From Neophaeotheca triangularis (taxonomy: Eukaryota), in assembly GCA_054600435.1 (NCBI GenBank), contig BAAIJX010000021.1, positions 248,001 through 312,000 on the forward strand: a stretch of 64,000 nt of DNA, given 5' to 3'. Position 1 is the stretch's first letter. The number at the start of each line of letters is the position of its first letter. This document shows, one piece after another, positions 1-10,273 of the stretch. The notes beneath the pieces were generated by a model. That model saw only the letters and a list, made by a program, of their open reading frames with translations. It ran no database searches and had not been told where the DNA came from. The position numbers and the translations under genes were made by a program.

Positions 1-456
1 GTCGATGTGTCCGCTGCTTGCATATAGACTCCTGTTTCCGCAATGCTCGAGCAGTATCCTCGTAAAGTGCACCAGTGTCTCTATGAGCTCCCTGTCGCCC
101 TCTACCGAATATCCGAGAGTGTCAAGTTCTTGCTCTTTTGACCCAACACCAGGGTACGGCGTGCCTTGCTCCGCATCGCCTTTGATGAGTAGACGGCGCT
201 CAAACGGCTGCGTCTGCGGACCTTGGGTGAGTGCATATTCCTGGGTGAAAAGTTCGAGAACGTGGTCGAATCGATCGAGAAGTGGGATCCAGTGGTAAAG
301 ATCGCCTCTGGGGAAGGGCCAGTTTTGTGGAAATGATTTCAGCAATTGGGGTAGTAGGTGTAGCGGCGTGGTTGTCGTTTCTTCGACAAATTGGGAGATG
401 GCGGGAGAGACTGTGGCGGAATGACGCTCCGTGGGCGTCTTCTTGATTTTCCCCAT
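1..456 (-). CDS. TOM1: HECT E3 ubiquitin ligase Tom1/Ptr1/HUWE1 family, N-terminal part (runs off the window start)
   Basis: Not in the ORF track. Manual translation from ATG at 456 gives MGKIKKTPTERHSATVSPAISQFVEE...WPFPRGDLYHWIPLLDRFDHVLELF...FTRILLEHCGNRSLYASS, open to position 1. This matches the conserved N-terminus (DUF908 region) of fungal Tom1. Confidence 0.9.
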   Translation of the reverse strand, partial: MGKIKKTPTERHSATVSPAISQFVEETTTTPLHLLPQLLKSFPQNWPFPRGDLYHWIPLLDRFDHVLELFTQEYALTQGPQTQPFERRLLIKGDAEQGTPYPGVGSKEQELDTLGYSVEGDRELIETLVHFTRILLEHCGNRSLYASSGHID

Positions 457-2154
457 CCCGTTGAAGTCGCGCTGAGTACGCCGGAGGGTTTCCTCAATCT
501 ACGAAGCTTGGTTTGGTGGTGGCAAGTTGAATCATGAGATGCCGACTTTTGTGGAGGTTGAAGGTGTGGTATTGACTCTCGAAGGTTCGACAGTATTCTC
601 CGTCTGAATGCGCTACCAAAACGCTCGGCGGTGATTGAGAATCGCAGTCACTCGTCTGAGTGTTCGTGGTGAGGGGCGAAGAAATAATAGAGCTTCGCAA
701 GCGGTGCAGGCGCTTGTTCGACTCTGATGTGGGTGAGTTCGCAGCTTCAGAACTGACTGGGGCCAGTCCGTAGGCAGGAGTAAGAGGTTCTCCGCAAGGT
801 GATCAGGGCCGCGACTGAAAGCGGCAAGGTTGTGTTTGTTGGAGGGAGGGTGAATAGGTAAGGTGAAGGTGTTGGAAGAGTGAGGTTAATTGCTAAGGTA
901 CCTAACCTACATACATACATAGTTGTACGGCAGGCAGCTTTGACGAGCGGCCAAAGCACATGTCTTGGCACCTACCTACTGCCTTATGTCATGCGGAGGA
1001 AGCCTCCCGCTCCCGTTACTCTTCCCCGAAAGGAAACACTCGCCGCTGGCCGACTCCGACTTCATCTCCTGACTTCATCCAGGTTAAGGTAGGTACCTAA
1101 TCTTCCACGTATCTTCCATAGCATTGAATATCCTCCACCTACGTTACAAGGTTGCCATCACTGCCTCGTTACCCGATGAACACAACACAGATCTCTGGGA
1201 CTTCCGCTACGAAAGCAGAGCACTCGCTCGTCTGTAAACGTCAAATGCATGCATTCATGATCGGCGAAGCCTCAATAAATCTTATACTGGCACACCCAGG
1301 GATGCGCATACCGAGAGCTTCTGATGGTTTCGCTTTCACGATTGCACGCGCCAGCCTCCCATGGGGGGATTATGACTTTCACTGTTGGCTTGCGTTCCCT
1401 CACAGCGGAGGCTAGCACGACAACTGATAACGTCTCAGTGGAAACGAGGGACAGAGTGTCGCCAAAGTAGACTCGCATAAACATCTCCTCGGTGTGTCAT
1501 GACTTCTTAACGGTCAGCTATACTCTATCTTACCTGTAGCTTGAGCGCTGCCGGTTTCAACAACCTCTTCGGACGTACACTTTTCGCTTTCGACTGAGCT
1601 TCTCGAATGGCAGCATCCGTTTACGGCAGCTCTACCTTTCGAAAGATCAATTCTCCTTCGCCTCGCTAGACCAGCTCCGCACTCGTGAACACGAGTGTTA
1701 CTAAGCAAGTTCAGACTTTTTCTACGTGGTTTTAAGTGAGTGCATGAGTTGCATTGTCTTTTCGAACCAAGAGATCAGTGAATGGAACTGCTACGTATCC
1801 TGCCATTTTTCAGATGAGACGAAAGAGCACTTGTTAGGTGAGCTGCGCCTCTTAGCTTTCATGTGCCCTACCCTGCCGTCCGAAGTATTCTCGATTTTCC
1901 CTGCCCAACTAAGCGCCACATTTTTTACTGGTGAATGCGACTAACACTAACGTAGAGCTGATCGAGATCTTCCCGACATTACCTTCTCCAAGCCGAGGGA
2001 AGCCACTGGAAAGACCGCTTGAGAAATTTGGTTCGTTCAAGGCAACACGCTGAGAATATTGCAACAGCATACTCCTCTCGACTCTTCTTTCACGAAGCCG
2101 TCTACGCAAGTACAACTCTCGGAGTCCTCATCCGTCGCTGTCCAGCGCCCACAT

Positions 2155-4278
2155 ATGCATGAGATGAGTTCCGAGATGGTATCTGCATCGGAGAAAGACT
2201 TGACTCTACACCCCGAGCCCTCACGATCAATCAACTCGGACATGTTGCCGAGAGCGGATTCATCACACCCAGTCCATCACTCGCACGATGAATCGTTGGC
2301 TCCCGAGGGTACGGATGAATATGCTACGGCGAATGACAGGATGAATGACGACGAAAACCCCCCCGAGGAGATACGAGGCGGCACCGCCAGTATCACAGTG
2401 GCTGAGTTCATGAGGATGGAGAAAGAACATGAAGACGTGGACGAAAGTGCTTACATGCTTCGGAGCAATGCGAGGTACTCTCAGCCCGGTAAATATACCA
2501 CGTACGTCGACAAGGATACGACAGGTGACTACGACCCGGAAGTAGAGAGAAGGGGGATGTTGAGAAGAAGGCGAACAAACAAGAGCCAGACCAATAACAG
2601 TGCTAGGAAGGATGCTAATGTCGACTCGACCTCCCACAAGCGCGAGGCTTTCTTGCCCCCACCGGAGCTGATCGTCACTTTGAGATTATGTACTCCAGCG
2701 GCAAAAGCTGAGCTAGCTGCGTGCCTTATACGCTCTACTGCCAGCACATCAAAGACTACTGAGGAATGCTACAAGGGCTATGGTCTACGCAATCGTGTCC
2801 GCAATACCACCATCGAAGAGCAAGATAATTCGAGTGATCTGCTTCCGGAAGATTTGACAGGCCATCCTGTTGCTAGAGGCTGCTACGCTTGTGCTTCACT
2901 TGCACTCACATGCCCACTACTCAATCAATCAGAACTCACTTGGCCTTGCGAGACGTGCGAAAAGGATGGAAACGAATGCCAGCTCCTCGTGGAACCAGTG
3001 GAGAAAACTGCATGCGAGCGATGCAAGAGACTGAAACAGAAATGCTCTTTCACCATTACTACGAATCACAAAGGGCCATGCAAAGGCTGCAAAGAAGATG
3101 ACACCCTCTGCATCGCAGGTCCAACAAAGGCTGCTGCAGCCACAAGAGTTCGTCTGACCTATGATCGGGACTACACCGTCTTCCCCCTCACCAGACCGCC
3201 AAAGTTTCGCGAAATGAAGTCTTGCAAGCAATGTCAGGATGCTGAGCGCGAATGCTCCTACGACTTTGACGATCACGACGGTCCTTGCACAGCTTGCGAA
3301 ATGGACGAAATGCTGTGTGAGCGAGATGGAAACGCTTTGACGGCAGAAGACTCCGACGAAAAGGCACGCAAGAAGAAGAAGAAGAAGGGCAAGAAGAGCA
3401 AGGGCAAGAGCAGCGGGACGTGGAAGCGCAAAGACAACAATCCGGACGCAGATGAGACCGAACCATGGTCACCTCAACATCTCGCCGAACCCTTCCCTAC
3501 CGACGAAGATGCGGTGATGGAAGATGTCGCTGAAGACTCCAACAAAGCTGCCATTGAAGAGAAAAATACCACAACCCGGAGAACCGCAACCAGGCCCGTT
3601 GAACCCGTGCAAACAAAAACCATCAAAACCAGATTCTGCCATCCCATCATCTTCGACCACGACATCAACTCGGAATGTAGCTTCTGTCGCACTCCAACAT
3701 ATTCCTTCCTCGGCATCGCCCCACGCACTCCAACCGTCAAAGACCTCCCCTTCGGCAACGGCTACGAAGAAATCTCCAACGGCCATTCTAGCGAAGGCAG
3801 ACAACAGACAACCCTCTGCACCGTCTGCACCCACGAGCGCGCCGGCGTCGTCGCCTGCGAGACTCACGACTTTCGCATGCTGCCCATTGCCCAAATGACC
3901 GACGTAGCCCGCACTACCGAGACGCAGTGGAACATTCTCAGGACCCGCTCTTGTAAGCCCAAGTTCTGGTGCTCGATTTGCTGCAACATGGCTTCTTACG
4001 AGTGCTGCGCGATCCAAGACGACCAGAGGCTGGTCTATGGATGTGGTTTGCTGCTCTGTCAGCCTTGCCGTATCGATATGAGGGCTGCCGAGGACGATTT
4101 TCAGGGCTTTCTCGATCGGCTTGAGGGCGTGGGGCGGACGGTTCAGAGGCCGAGAGGGTTGCGGGCGGATTGGGAACTCTACAAGTCGGCGCCCAGGGGG
4201 TTGTTGGCGAGATTTTTGGTGGAGAAGTATCAGGCGCAGGCTGAGGCGGAAGGCGAGAGGATGGACGTGGGTTATTAG
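2155..4278 (+). CDS. Multi-Zn2Cys6 (C6 zinc cluster-like) protein with a Cys-rich C-terminal region
   Basis: ORF 2059..4278 with first in-frame ATG at 2155. Three CxxCx6Cx10-11CxxCx6C modules (CYAC.., CERC.., CKQC..), a basic NLS-like tract KARKKKKKKGKK, and further Cys/His clusters near the C-terminus. Start codon uncertain. Confidence 0.8.
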   Translation: MHEMSSEMVSASEKDLTLHPEPSRSINSDMLPRADSSHPVHHSHDESLAPEGTDEYATANDRMNDDENPPEEIRGGTASITVAEFMRMEKEHEDVDESAYMLRSNARYSQPGKYTTYVDKDTTGDYDPEVERRGMLRRRRTNKSQTNNSARKDANVDSTSHKREAFLPPPELIVTLRLCTPAAKAELAACLIRSTASTSKTTEECYKGYGLRNRVRNTTIEEQDNSSDLLPEDLTGHPVARGCYACASLALTCPLLNQSELTWPCETCEKDGNECQLLVEPVEKTACERCKRLKQKCSFTITTNHKGPCKGCKEDDTLCIAGPTKAAAATRVRLTYDRDYTVFPLTRPPKFREMKSCKQCQDAERECSYDFDDHDGPCTACEMDEMLCERDGNALTAEDSDEKARKKKKKKGKKSKGKSSGTWKRKDNNPDADETEPWSPQHLAEPFPTDEDAVMEDVAEDSNKAAIEEKNTTTRRTATRPVEPVQTKTIKTRFCHPIIFDHDINSECSFCRTPTYSFLGIAPRTPTVKDLPFGNGYEEISNGHSSEGRQQTTLCTVCTHERAGVVACETHDFRMLPIAQMTDVARTTETQWNILRTRSCKPKFWCSICCNMASYECCAIQDDQRLVYGCGLLLCQPCRIDMRAAEDDFQGFLDRLEGVGRTVQRPRGLRADWELYKSAPRGLLARFLVEKYQAQAEAEGERMDVGY

Positions 4279-4464
4279 GGGATGGAGTATATTGTGAAAC
4301 ACGGGGAAAGGCGGGAGAGGAGAAACTCACTTTCCATCCATTCCCCGTGAGCCAAACATTCGATACACCAGCAGAGAACTTTCACGTAGAATCATACAAA
4401 TCATAACCATGAAAACACCTCTAGGTACAAGACAAACACCTCGGGAAACATACCTCCCAGCCCC

Positions 4465-6618
4465 TCATCTAGCCTCACACTCATGACAAACATGCCCCAA
4501 GATCAATTCCCCATCCTCCCCAACCTGACACTCGAAAGCTTCCGAATCACACCCATCCCGGTCCGCAGGCTCGGCATGATGACAAGCCCTGGGCTTCTTC
4601 GCCTTCTTCTTCTCGCGCTCATACCCACTTACGCCGCTTCTGCGACTTCTGCCAGCGGAACTCACAGATGGTTCTCGGGAGTAGGTGCTCGCTTGACTTG
4701 CGGAACCGACTCGGCTTGCTTTTGAAGCTTGACGAGAGGCCGGGTTGGCGTTTTGTTTGGGGTTTCTGGAGGATGCTTGGGAGGAAGATGCTTGGGAGGA
4801 ATACGTTGCCTGGGGAGACGATGCTTGGGAAGACGATGCTCGGGAGGATGTTCTGGACTGAGGTACAAATGCGCTCGCTCCGGGTTGCGTCGTCGACTGC
4901 GCAGCTGGACTGGCGTATTGGTTTGCACGGGCCTGAGCGGCTGCTGATAGGGGTGGGTTTGCTGGTCCCCAGTTGGGCTGTGACTGCGGGGGTGCGAAGG
5001 GGTGTCGGGCCTGCTGGTATGGAGTATATTCGTTTCCACCATTGTGGGACTTTTCATTACTGCCTTGATTGCTAGCGCTGCGTTGCGGGCTTATTGGCGC
5101 ATCGGGTCTTGGAGACGGCATGGGTTCGTTGAAAGTAGCTGGCCTGATGGTTGACGTGCTGCTGGTTTCGGATGGCGCAGCGTGCGATCTTCTCTTTGAC
5201 CCATGACTAACTCTACTCTCGGTCGAAGCCGTCAAGGTGCTTCCGGTTTCAGATGGCGCGGCGTTTGATTCTCGTCTTGTCCGGTGGCTAGCCGTAGATC
5301 GTGCGCTTTGTGGGCCAGCACCATCCTCAGGAATTTGAGAATAAGGGGCAGGCCCTTGAACAGACCCTGATGCCGACCGCGCTCGCGAGCCATGTCGTGA
5401 GCCATGTGCGGGTATTTCATTATGACCGACGAAGTCTGCTCTCGTAGGTCCCGCTGCTGACGCGAACCCTCCCGACCGCGATGCGCCACCGTATTTCGAA
5501 GCATTGTAGTTCGAAGCCGATGATGGCGCTCCCGTGTGGCCAGTCTGTGGTTGGTCGTTTTGGTAATTGAATCCGGTGTTGGACGGCGTCTGCTGAGCGA
5601 AGGGCTGTCCCTGATGGCCTGTTTGGTCTTGGTAGGCCAATTGCTGTCCTGTCCGCGAGCTCCTGTCATCGGGGTCGTCAATCCTTGCCTGAATCGACGG
5701 TCCAACGGATTTGCTTCTCTGAGAGCGTTTTCTCCTGCTATGCGAGCCGTGGCTATTGCTGTGACGGCCGTGGTCTCGACTTCGACTGTTCCGCTCGCCG
5801 TATTTGATCCTTTCCTGTGCGAGACCCTGCGCTTGGATTCTGTTTCCAAGCTTGTACTCCAGCCTCTTAATCTCGCGCCAGCATGAATCGCAGAAGGCAG
5901 TACCCATGGGATGAATGACCCTCAAGGTCTCGAAAGTCCAGTTCTCCTTCTTAGCACTCTTCTTGAATATTAGCTTGTAGATCTTTGCGCCAAGTCTGGC
6001 CAGAGCGATGAGAATGTCTCCCGCGCCGCCTTCTCCGCCTGTCTCTTCCTCCGTACCCCGAATCTCTTGGCGTCGGAAGGTAGACTTCAGCCGCTCCAGC
6101 TCGCATTCCAGTGCCGCGAGGTGCTGCCGATGGACCTCGTAGGCTTCCCTTACAAACTCGAGACGTACAGGGCCGTCGGGTAAGACCTCATCGTCGGTGA
6201 AAAGCCGCAAGACATGTTCGCTCATTGTTTCCAGAGTGTCTAAAGGGGGCGGGTACTGGAGATTAAAGTCGCCGGGACCGGCCGCTTGCCTGTGTGGAGG
6301 CACACTGTCGTTGTTGTAAGGTTGCAAAGCGCCTGACTGAGATTTGCCTCGTGTGCTTGATCTCCGAGTAGCTATTGTATTGTTGTCATGATAGTATTCG
6401 TCGTTTTCCCCTTGGCCGTAAATTGCAGGGGCAGAAAATGCATCCTCTGTTGGGCTTGCTACGCCGCCATATCCGGCTTGGTTCTGTTGCTGGTACTGCA
6501 GAGGGTTATCTACGAGTTGTGTCGGGAGGGTGTTCGATCTTCTAGAATGAGAGCTTCGTCCCCCCTGTTGTTGCTGTGGTGTCGGAGCGAAGTCAGTAGG
6601 ATGGTAGTAGTTAGCCAT
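4465..6618 (-). CDS. Hypothetical low-complexity Ser/Gln/Arg-rich protein (717 aa)
   Basis: Long uninterrupted ATG-started ORF with a short predicted helical region (~aa 130-270), internal SSQASS repeats and a C-terminal Cys/His cluster. No family recognised. Confidence 0.7.
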   Translation of the reverse strand: MANYYHPTDFAPTPQQQQGGRSSHSRRSNTLPTQLVDNPLQYQQQNQAGYGGVASPTEDAFSAPAIYGQGENDEYYHDNNTIATRRSSTRGKSQSGALQPYNNDSVPPHRQAAGPGDFNLQYPPPLDTLETMSEHVLRLFTDDEVLPDGPVRLEFVREAYEVHRQHLAALECELERLKSTFRRQEIRGTEEETGGEGGAGDILIALARLGAKIYKLIFKKSAKKENWTFETLRVIHPMGTAFCDSCWREIKRLEYKLGNRIQAQGLAQERIKYGERNSRSRDHGRHSNSHGSHSRRKRSQRSKSVGPSIQARIDDPDDRSSRTGQQLAYQDQTGHQGQPFAQQTPSNTGFNYQNDQPQTGHTGAPSSASNYNASKYGGASRSGGFASAAGPTRADFVGHNEIPAHGSRHGSRARSASGSVQGPAPYSQIPEDGAGPQSARSTASHRTRRESNAAPSETGSTLTASTESRVSHGSKRRSHAAPSETSSTSTIRPATFNEPMPSPRPDAPISPQRSASNQGSNEKSHNGGNEYTPYQQARHPFAPPQSQPNWGPANPPLSAAAQARANQYASPAAQSTTQPGASAFVPQSRTSSRASSSQASSPQATYSSQASSSQASSRNPKQNANPASRQASKASRVGSASQASTYSREPSVSSAGRSRRSGVSGYEREKKKAKKPRACHHAEPADRDGCDSEAFECQVGEDGELILGHVCHECEAR
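4765..4850. repeat. Degenerate ~15-nt tandem repeat (GATGCTTGGGAGGAA-like) encoding SSQAS repeats
   Basis: ggatgcttgggaggaagatgcttgggaggaa...gatgcttgggaagacgatgctcgggagga is visible directly. It lies inside the 717-aa ORF. Confidence 0.75.
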
Positions 6619-8454
6619 GATGGAGAAATCAGTGTGGTAGTGGATAGGGATTTGATAAGAAATAAGGAAGATGTTGAGGATATAGTTTTGGAGTAATAGA
6701 GCGGTGGATTAGAGAGCTCTTATAGGAGGCCGGTGCTCGTCACTAAACCAAACCATAAAAATTGTGTTGACGGTATTTGCGCCTTAACGTGTATATGAAG
6801 CCATTCGTTATGGACTGTTCGTGACGGGAAAGCCCCATCTATTGATTCAGTAGTGACAGTATGTCTGTTCACGTTAGCAATTCAGCACACATTGGAGTGT
6901 TGGATCAGAAAGTCTTCCTGATCAGAAGACGAGTATAAGGTGCGTGTGGAGTTGACCGTGGATAAAGTGACATGCCAGGTCCCCGTCAATCAAAGCAATA
7001 TGTGTTGATTTTCCGTCAACTCGAAAAGAACAGCATGCAATCTTAACGACACGGCTGATGCTCGCGCTGGTAGTACCTATGGCTTTACCGGTAGCGGTTT
7101 GTTAAATTGACGACCAAACCCGGCAAACAAGCGAGGCAAAGGTGACTGTCCGTCTCCATAGCAAGCACAGTCGATCCAGGTACGCATGGCTCCAGGCATA
7201 CCTTACTGTCGATGATTATCTAGACTAGGCGAGCGATAGAAAGGACCGGTGAGGGTCAGAGTTTCGGCACCTGGAAGTCTTACTAATTTGGCTGTATTCA
7301 TGGCGATGTCAGTTGATAGTACTATGTGTGTATACCTCTACTTACCAATAGTCCACGGGTCGTCGTTTGTCAGAGCAATCGGCTTATCGCAGTCAACGAT
7401 AAGGTCGTGCTATATGCGCCCACCGCCGACGCTCTAGACAGGGGCAGGCGATTCTTGTATTCATGTGCGGTGGTAGTATATAGGAGAGGCCCGTCTACTC
7501 GTAATCACTAACCTACTTTACCTGTACTGTACCTATAACTATAACTATGTTAGAGCCAGTCTGACTAAACGTCAAGCCAAGATGAACAAAGTCGGCACCG
7601 TTGCTGGCGGTCAGTTCGGCCGAGCGGGAGGAGACGGTGGACATGGAGGGAGCGCAGATGCGGCAGCAGATTGGGCAATGTCGAGTGTGAGTGCAGTTTT
7701 CAGTAGTACTACCAATATTAAATGTGCCTCCTAACGTTAAGGTATTATTACCTTCCGGCTCTCGGCGAGATTCAAATGGAACACACACCCGGACGGTAAT
7801 AAAATACATCCACTTTCCACTTTCCCTCGGCCCGTTACAGGAACGAACGAACGTCACTGGAGCGTGCCCAGGTGACGGTGACGGTGACGGCGGGGGAGGT
7901 GAAGTGAGGCCTCACTCCACCAGAAGGAAGCAACACCAGAAGCAGCAGCACCCCGCACGCACCAGGAAGAGACGGCCTTTGCCTACCTACAGTACTGCTA
8001 GTACTACTAGTTAGTACCGTTGCTACCTTACCTTACCTTACCTGCCCTTACTACCTCCCTCCTACACACACTCCCGGACTTGAGTGAGAGAGCCTTTCGA
8101 CAAGACGTCCCGTCACCTCCGACATCACCAACATCACCTCACTTCACATCACATCACATCACCCCCACCATCATCGGCCAAAACCGAGCACACGACGGGC
8201 TGCCCTGAGCCACCACAAACATCCGTGTCGTGAAAGCTTTCGCCGACAATTTGCCCTCCTTCAGCCCCACCGTGACCGACAGCAGACGTACCTCCATACC
8301 CACAGCCTTCCTCCAGGAGCTTTGTCGTAGAGCTTCTTCACTTTTTACTACTCATATCCAACAAGAGCTGGAACAAGGCGGACCCCATCCACCCATCTAT
8401 CGCAGCAGAATCTCGCTTTCAAACAACCCGCCCGCCCCCAGCGTTTCGCCCACC

Positions 8455-10001
8455 ATGGGAACTGTTGGAGAAACTGTCAAGCTGGATGTCCCTCTCCAAG
8501 AGCCCGAGTATGCGCCAGCCGGCGAGAGGACGACAAAGTCACCACAGGGAGACTTTATGAGGCCAGCAGCGCGAACGCGGGCGAGCTCTGGTGCTAGGAC
8601 TAATGGTGTAGGTGTACAGGTCGAAGATACTCGGATATGCGTTGTTATGGTCGGATTGCCGGCGAGAGGAAAGAGCTTGATTGCACAAAAAGGTGGGTGA
8701 CACGACTGAGCCAATGCCAGCGGGGTGAATGCAAAAGCTGACTCGGAAAACTAGTTGTTCGATACCTTGGCTGGTTAAGCATTACCGCCAAATGCTTCAA
8801 TGTTGGAAACTACCGCCGTACCAACACTCCCCAGCCCACAGCCTCCTTCTTCGACAAGGGCAATGCCGAAGGCGAACGGTTACGGAAAGCAGCGGCCGAG
8901 GCCGCAGTCGCAGATATGGTCAAATGGTTTCAAAGCCCCGATCATCTCATTGCTATCCTCGACGCCACCAACAGCACCAAGGATAGGAGGAGATGGATCA
9001 AAGATCGTTGCGACAAGGAAGGCATAGAAACGCTGTTCGTCGAGAGCAAGTGTGACAACGAAGAAATCATTATGAGCAATATCATGGAAGTCAAGACTAC
9101 ATCTCCTGACTACCAAGGCCTTGACCCGGAGGAGGCAGCAAAGGACTTCCGGGACCGGATACGCATGTACGAGCGGGTATACGAAACGCTCGACGAAGAC
9201 GAACAAGACCTCACCTATTGCAAGCTCATCGATGTCGGCAGCCAAGTCATTATCAACCGCCTGCAAGACTATCTGCAATCCCGCGTCGTCTACTACCTCA
9301 TGAACCTACACATACGCCCTCGATCCATCTGGCTCTCCCGACACGGCGAAAGCATGTACAACCTCTCGGGACGTATCGGCGGTGATGCCGACATTTCGCC
9401 TCGTGGCGAAATGTACGCCAAAACCTTGCCAGATCTTGTGAGACAGTCGACCGGGGGCAACGTTCCGCTCACCGTCTGGACGTCAACGTTGAAACGCACA
9501 GCGCAGACTGCACGCCACCTCGAGTTCGAAAAGCTGTCGTGGAAAGCGCTCGACGAGCTCGATTCCGGTGTTTGCGACGGTCTGACCTACGGTGAAATCG
9601 AAAAGCAATACCCTCAAGACTTCAAAGCCCGTGACGAGGATAAGTACAACTACCGTTACCTCGGAGGTGAAAGCTACCGCGACGTTGTCATTCGACTCGA
9701 GCCCATCATCATGGAGCTTGAGCGGAGTGAAAACATCCTCATCATCACCCATCAAGCCGTGCTTCGGTGCATCTATGCTTACTTTATGGGCAGCACGCAG
9801 GAGCGGAGTCCTTGGATGGAAGTGCCGTTGCATTGCCTTATCAAGCTGACACCGCGGGCCTACAAGACCGAGGAGGAGAGATTGGTCGCCGACGTTCCGG
9901 CCGTGAGCACGTGGCGTGAGAAGGGAAGCGCAGCTGTGCACGCCGATACTCCGGATGCGTCACGGATGGGGAGCCCCATGCTGAAGGGCCAAAGCAAGTG
10001 A
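8455..10001 (+). CDS. FBP26: 6-phosphofructo-2-kinase/fructose-2,6-bisphosphatase (2 exons; intron 8693-8754)
   Basis: Exon 1 has the P-loop VMVGLPARGKS. The intron GTGGGT..CTGAC..TAG joins it to VVRYLGWLSITAKCFNVGNYRR. Also ILDATN and the histidine-phosphatase motif RHGES with its catalytic His. Confidence 0.93.
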
Positions 10002-10273
10002 TGAGAAAAGGGGTATTCTTTGCATAGAAAACCACGAAGCTATGAAACGTCCGCGTCATATCTCAGGGTGACCGCAGCATATAGTCGCCAGGACTATGTA
10101 CATATGTATCCAGTCACAATGCATCGTCACCAGAATTGACCCAAGAAGCAGTGAACAAGCCATCTACAAATGGAACCCCAACGCCTCCAATATTCTCCCC
10201 GAAAGCTTTACCTCGCAAGACGTCAGTTTCCTACTCTAGGGATCATTCTTACACTTCCAGCACCCCACCACTC

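Noticed and set aside
1726..2067. Upstream coding exons for the Zn-cluster gene (CTAAC..TAG at ~1940-1955)
   Set aside because: The splice combinations I tried hit stops or the wrong frame. At most a 5'-UTR intron.
3469..4302. Long antisense and alternate-frame ORFs (also 25183-25935, 35138-36034 and others)
   Set aside because: Shadows of GC-rich coding genes with no recognisable motifs.
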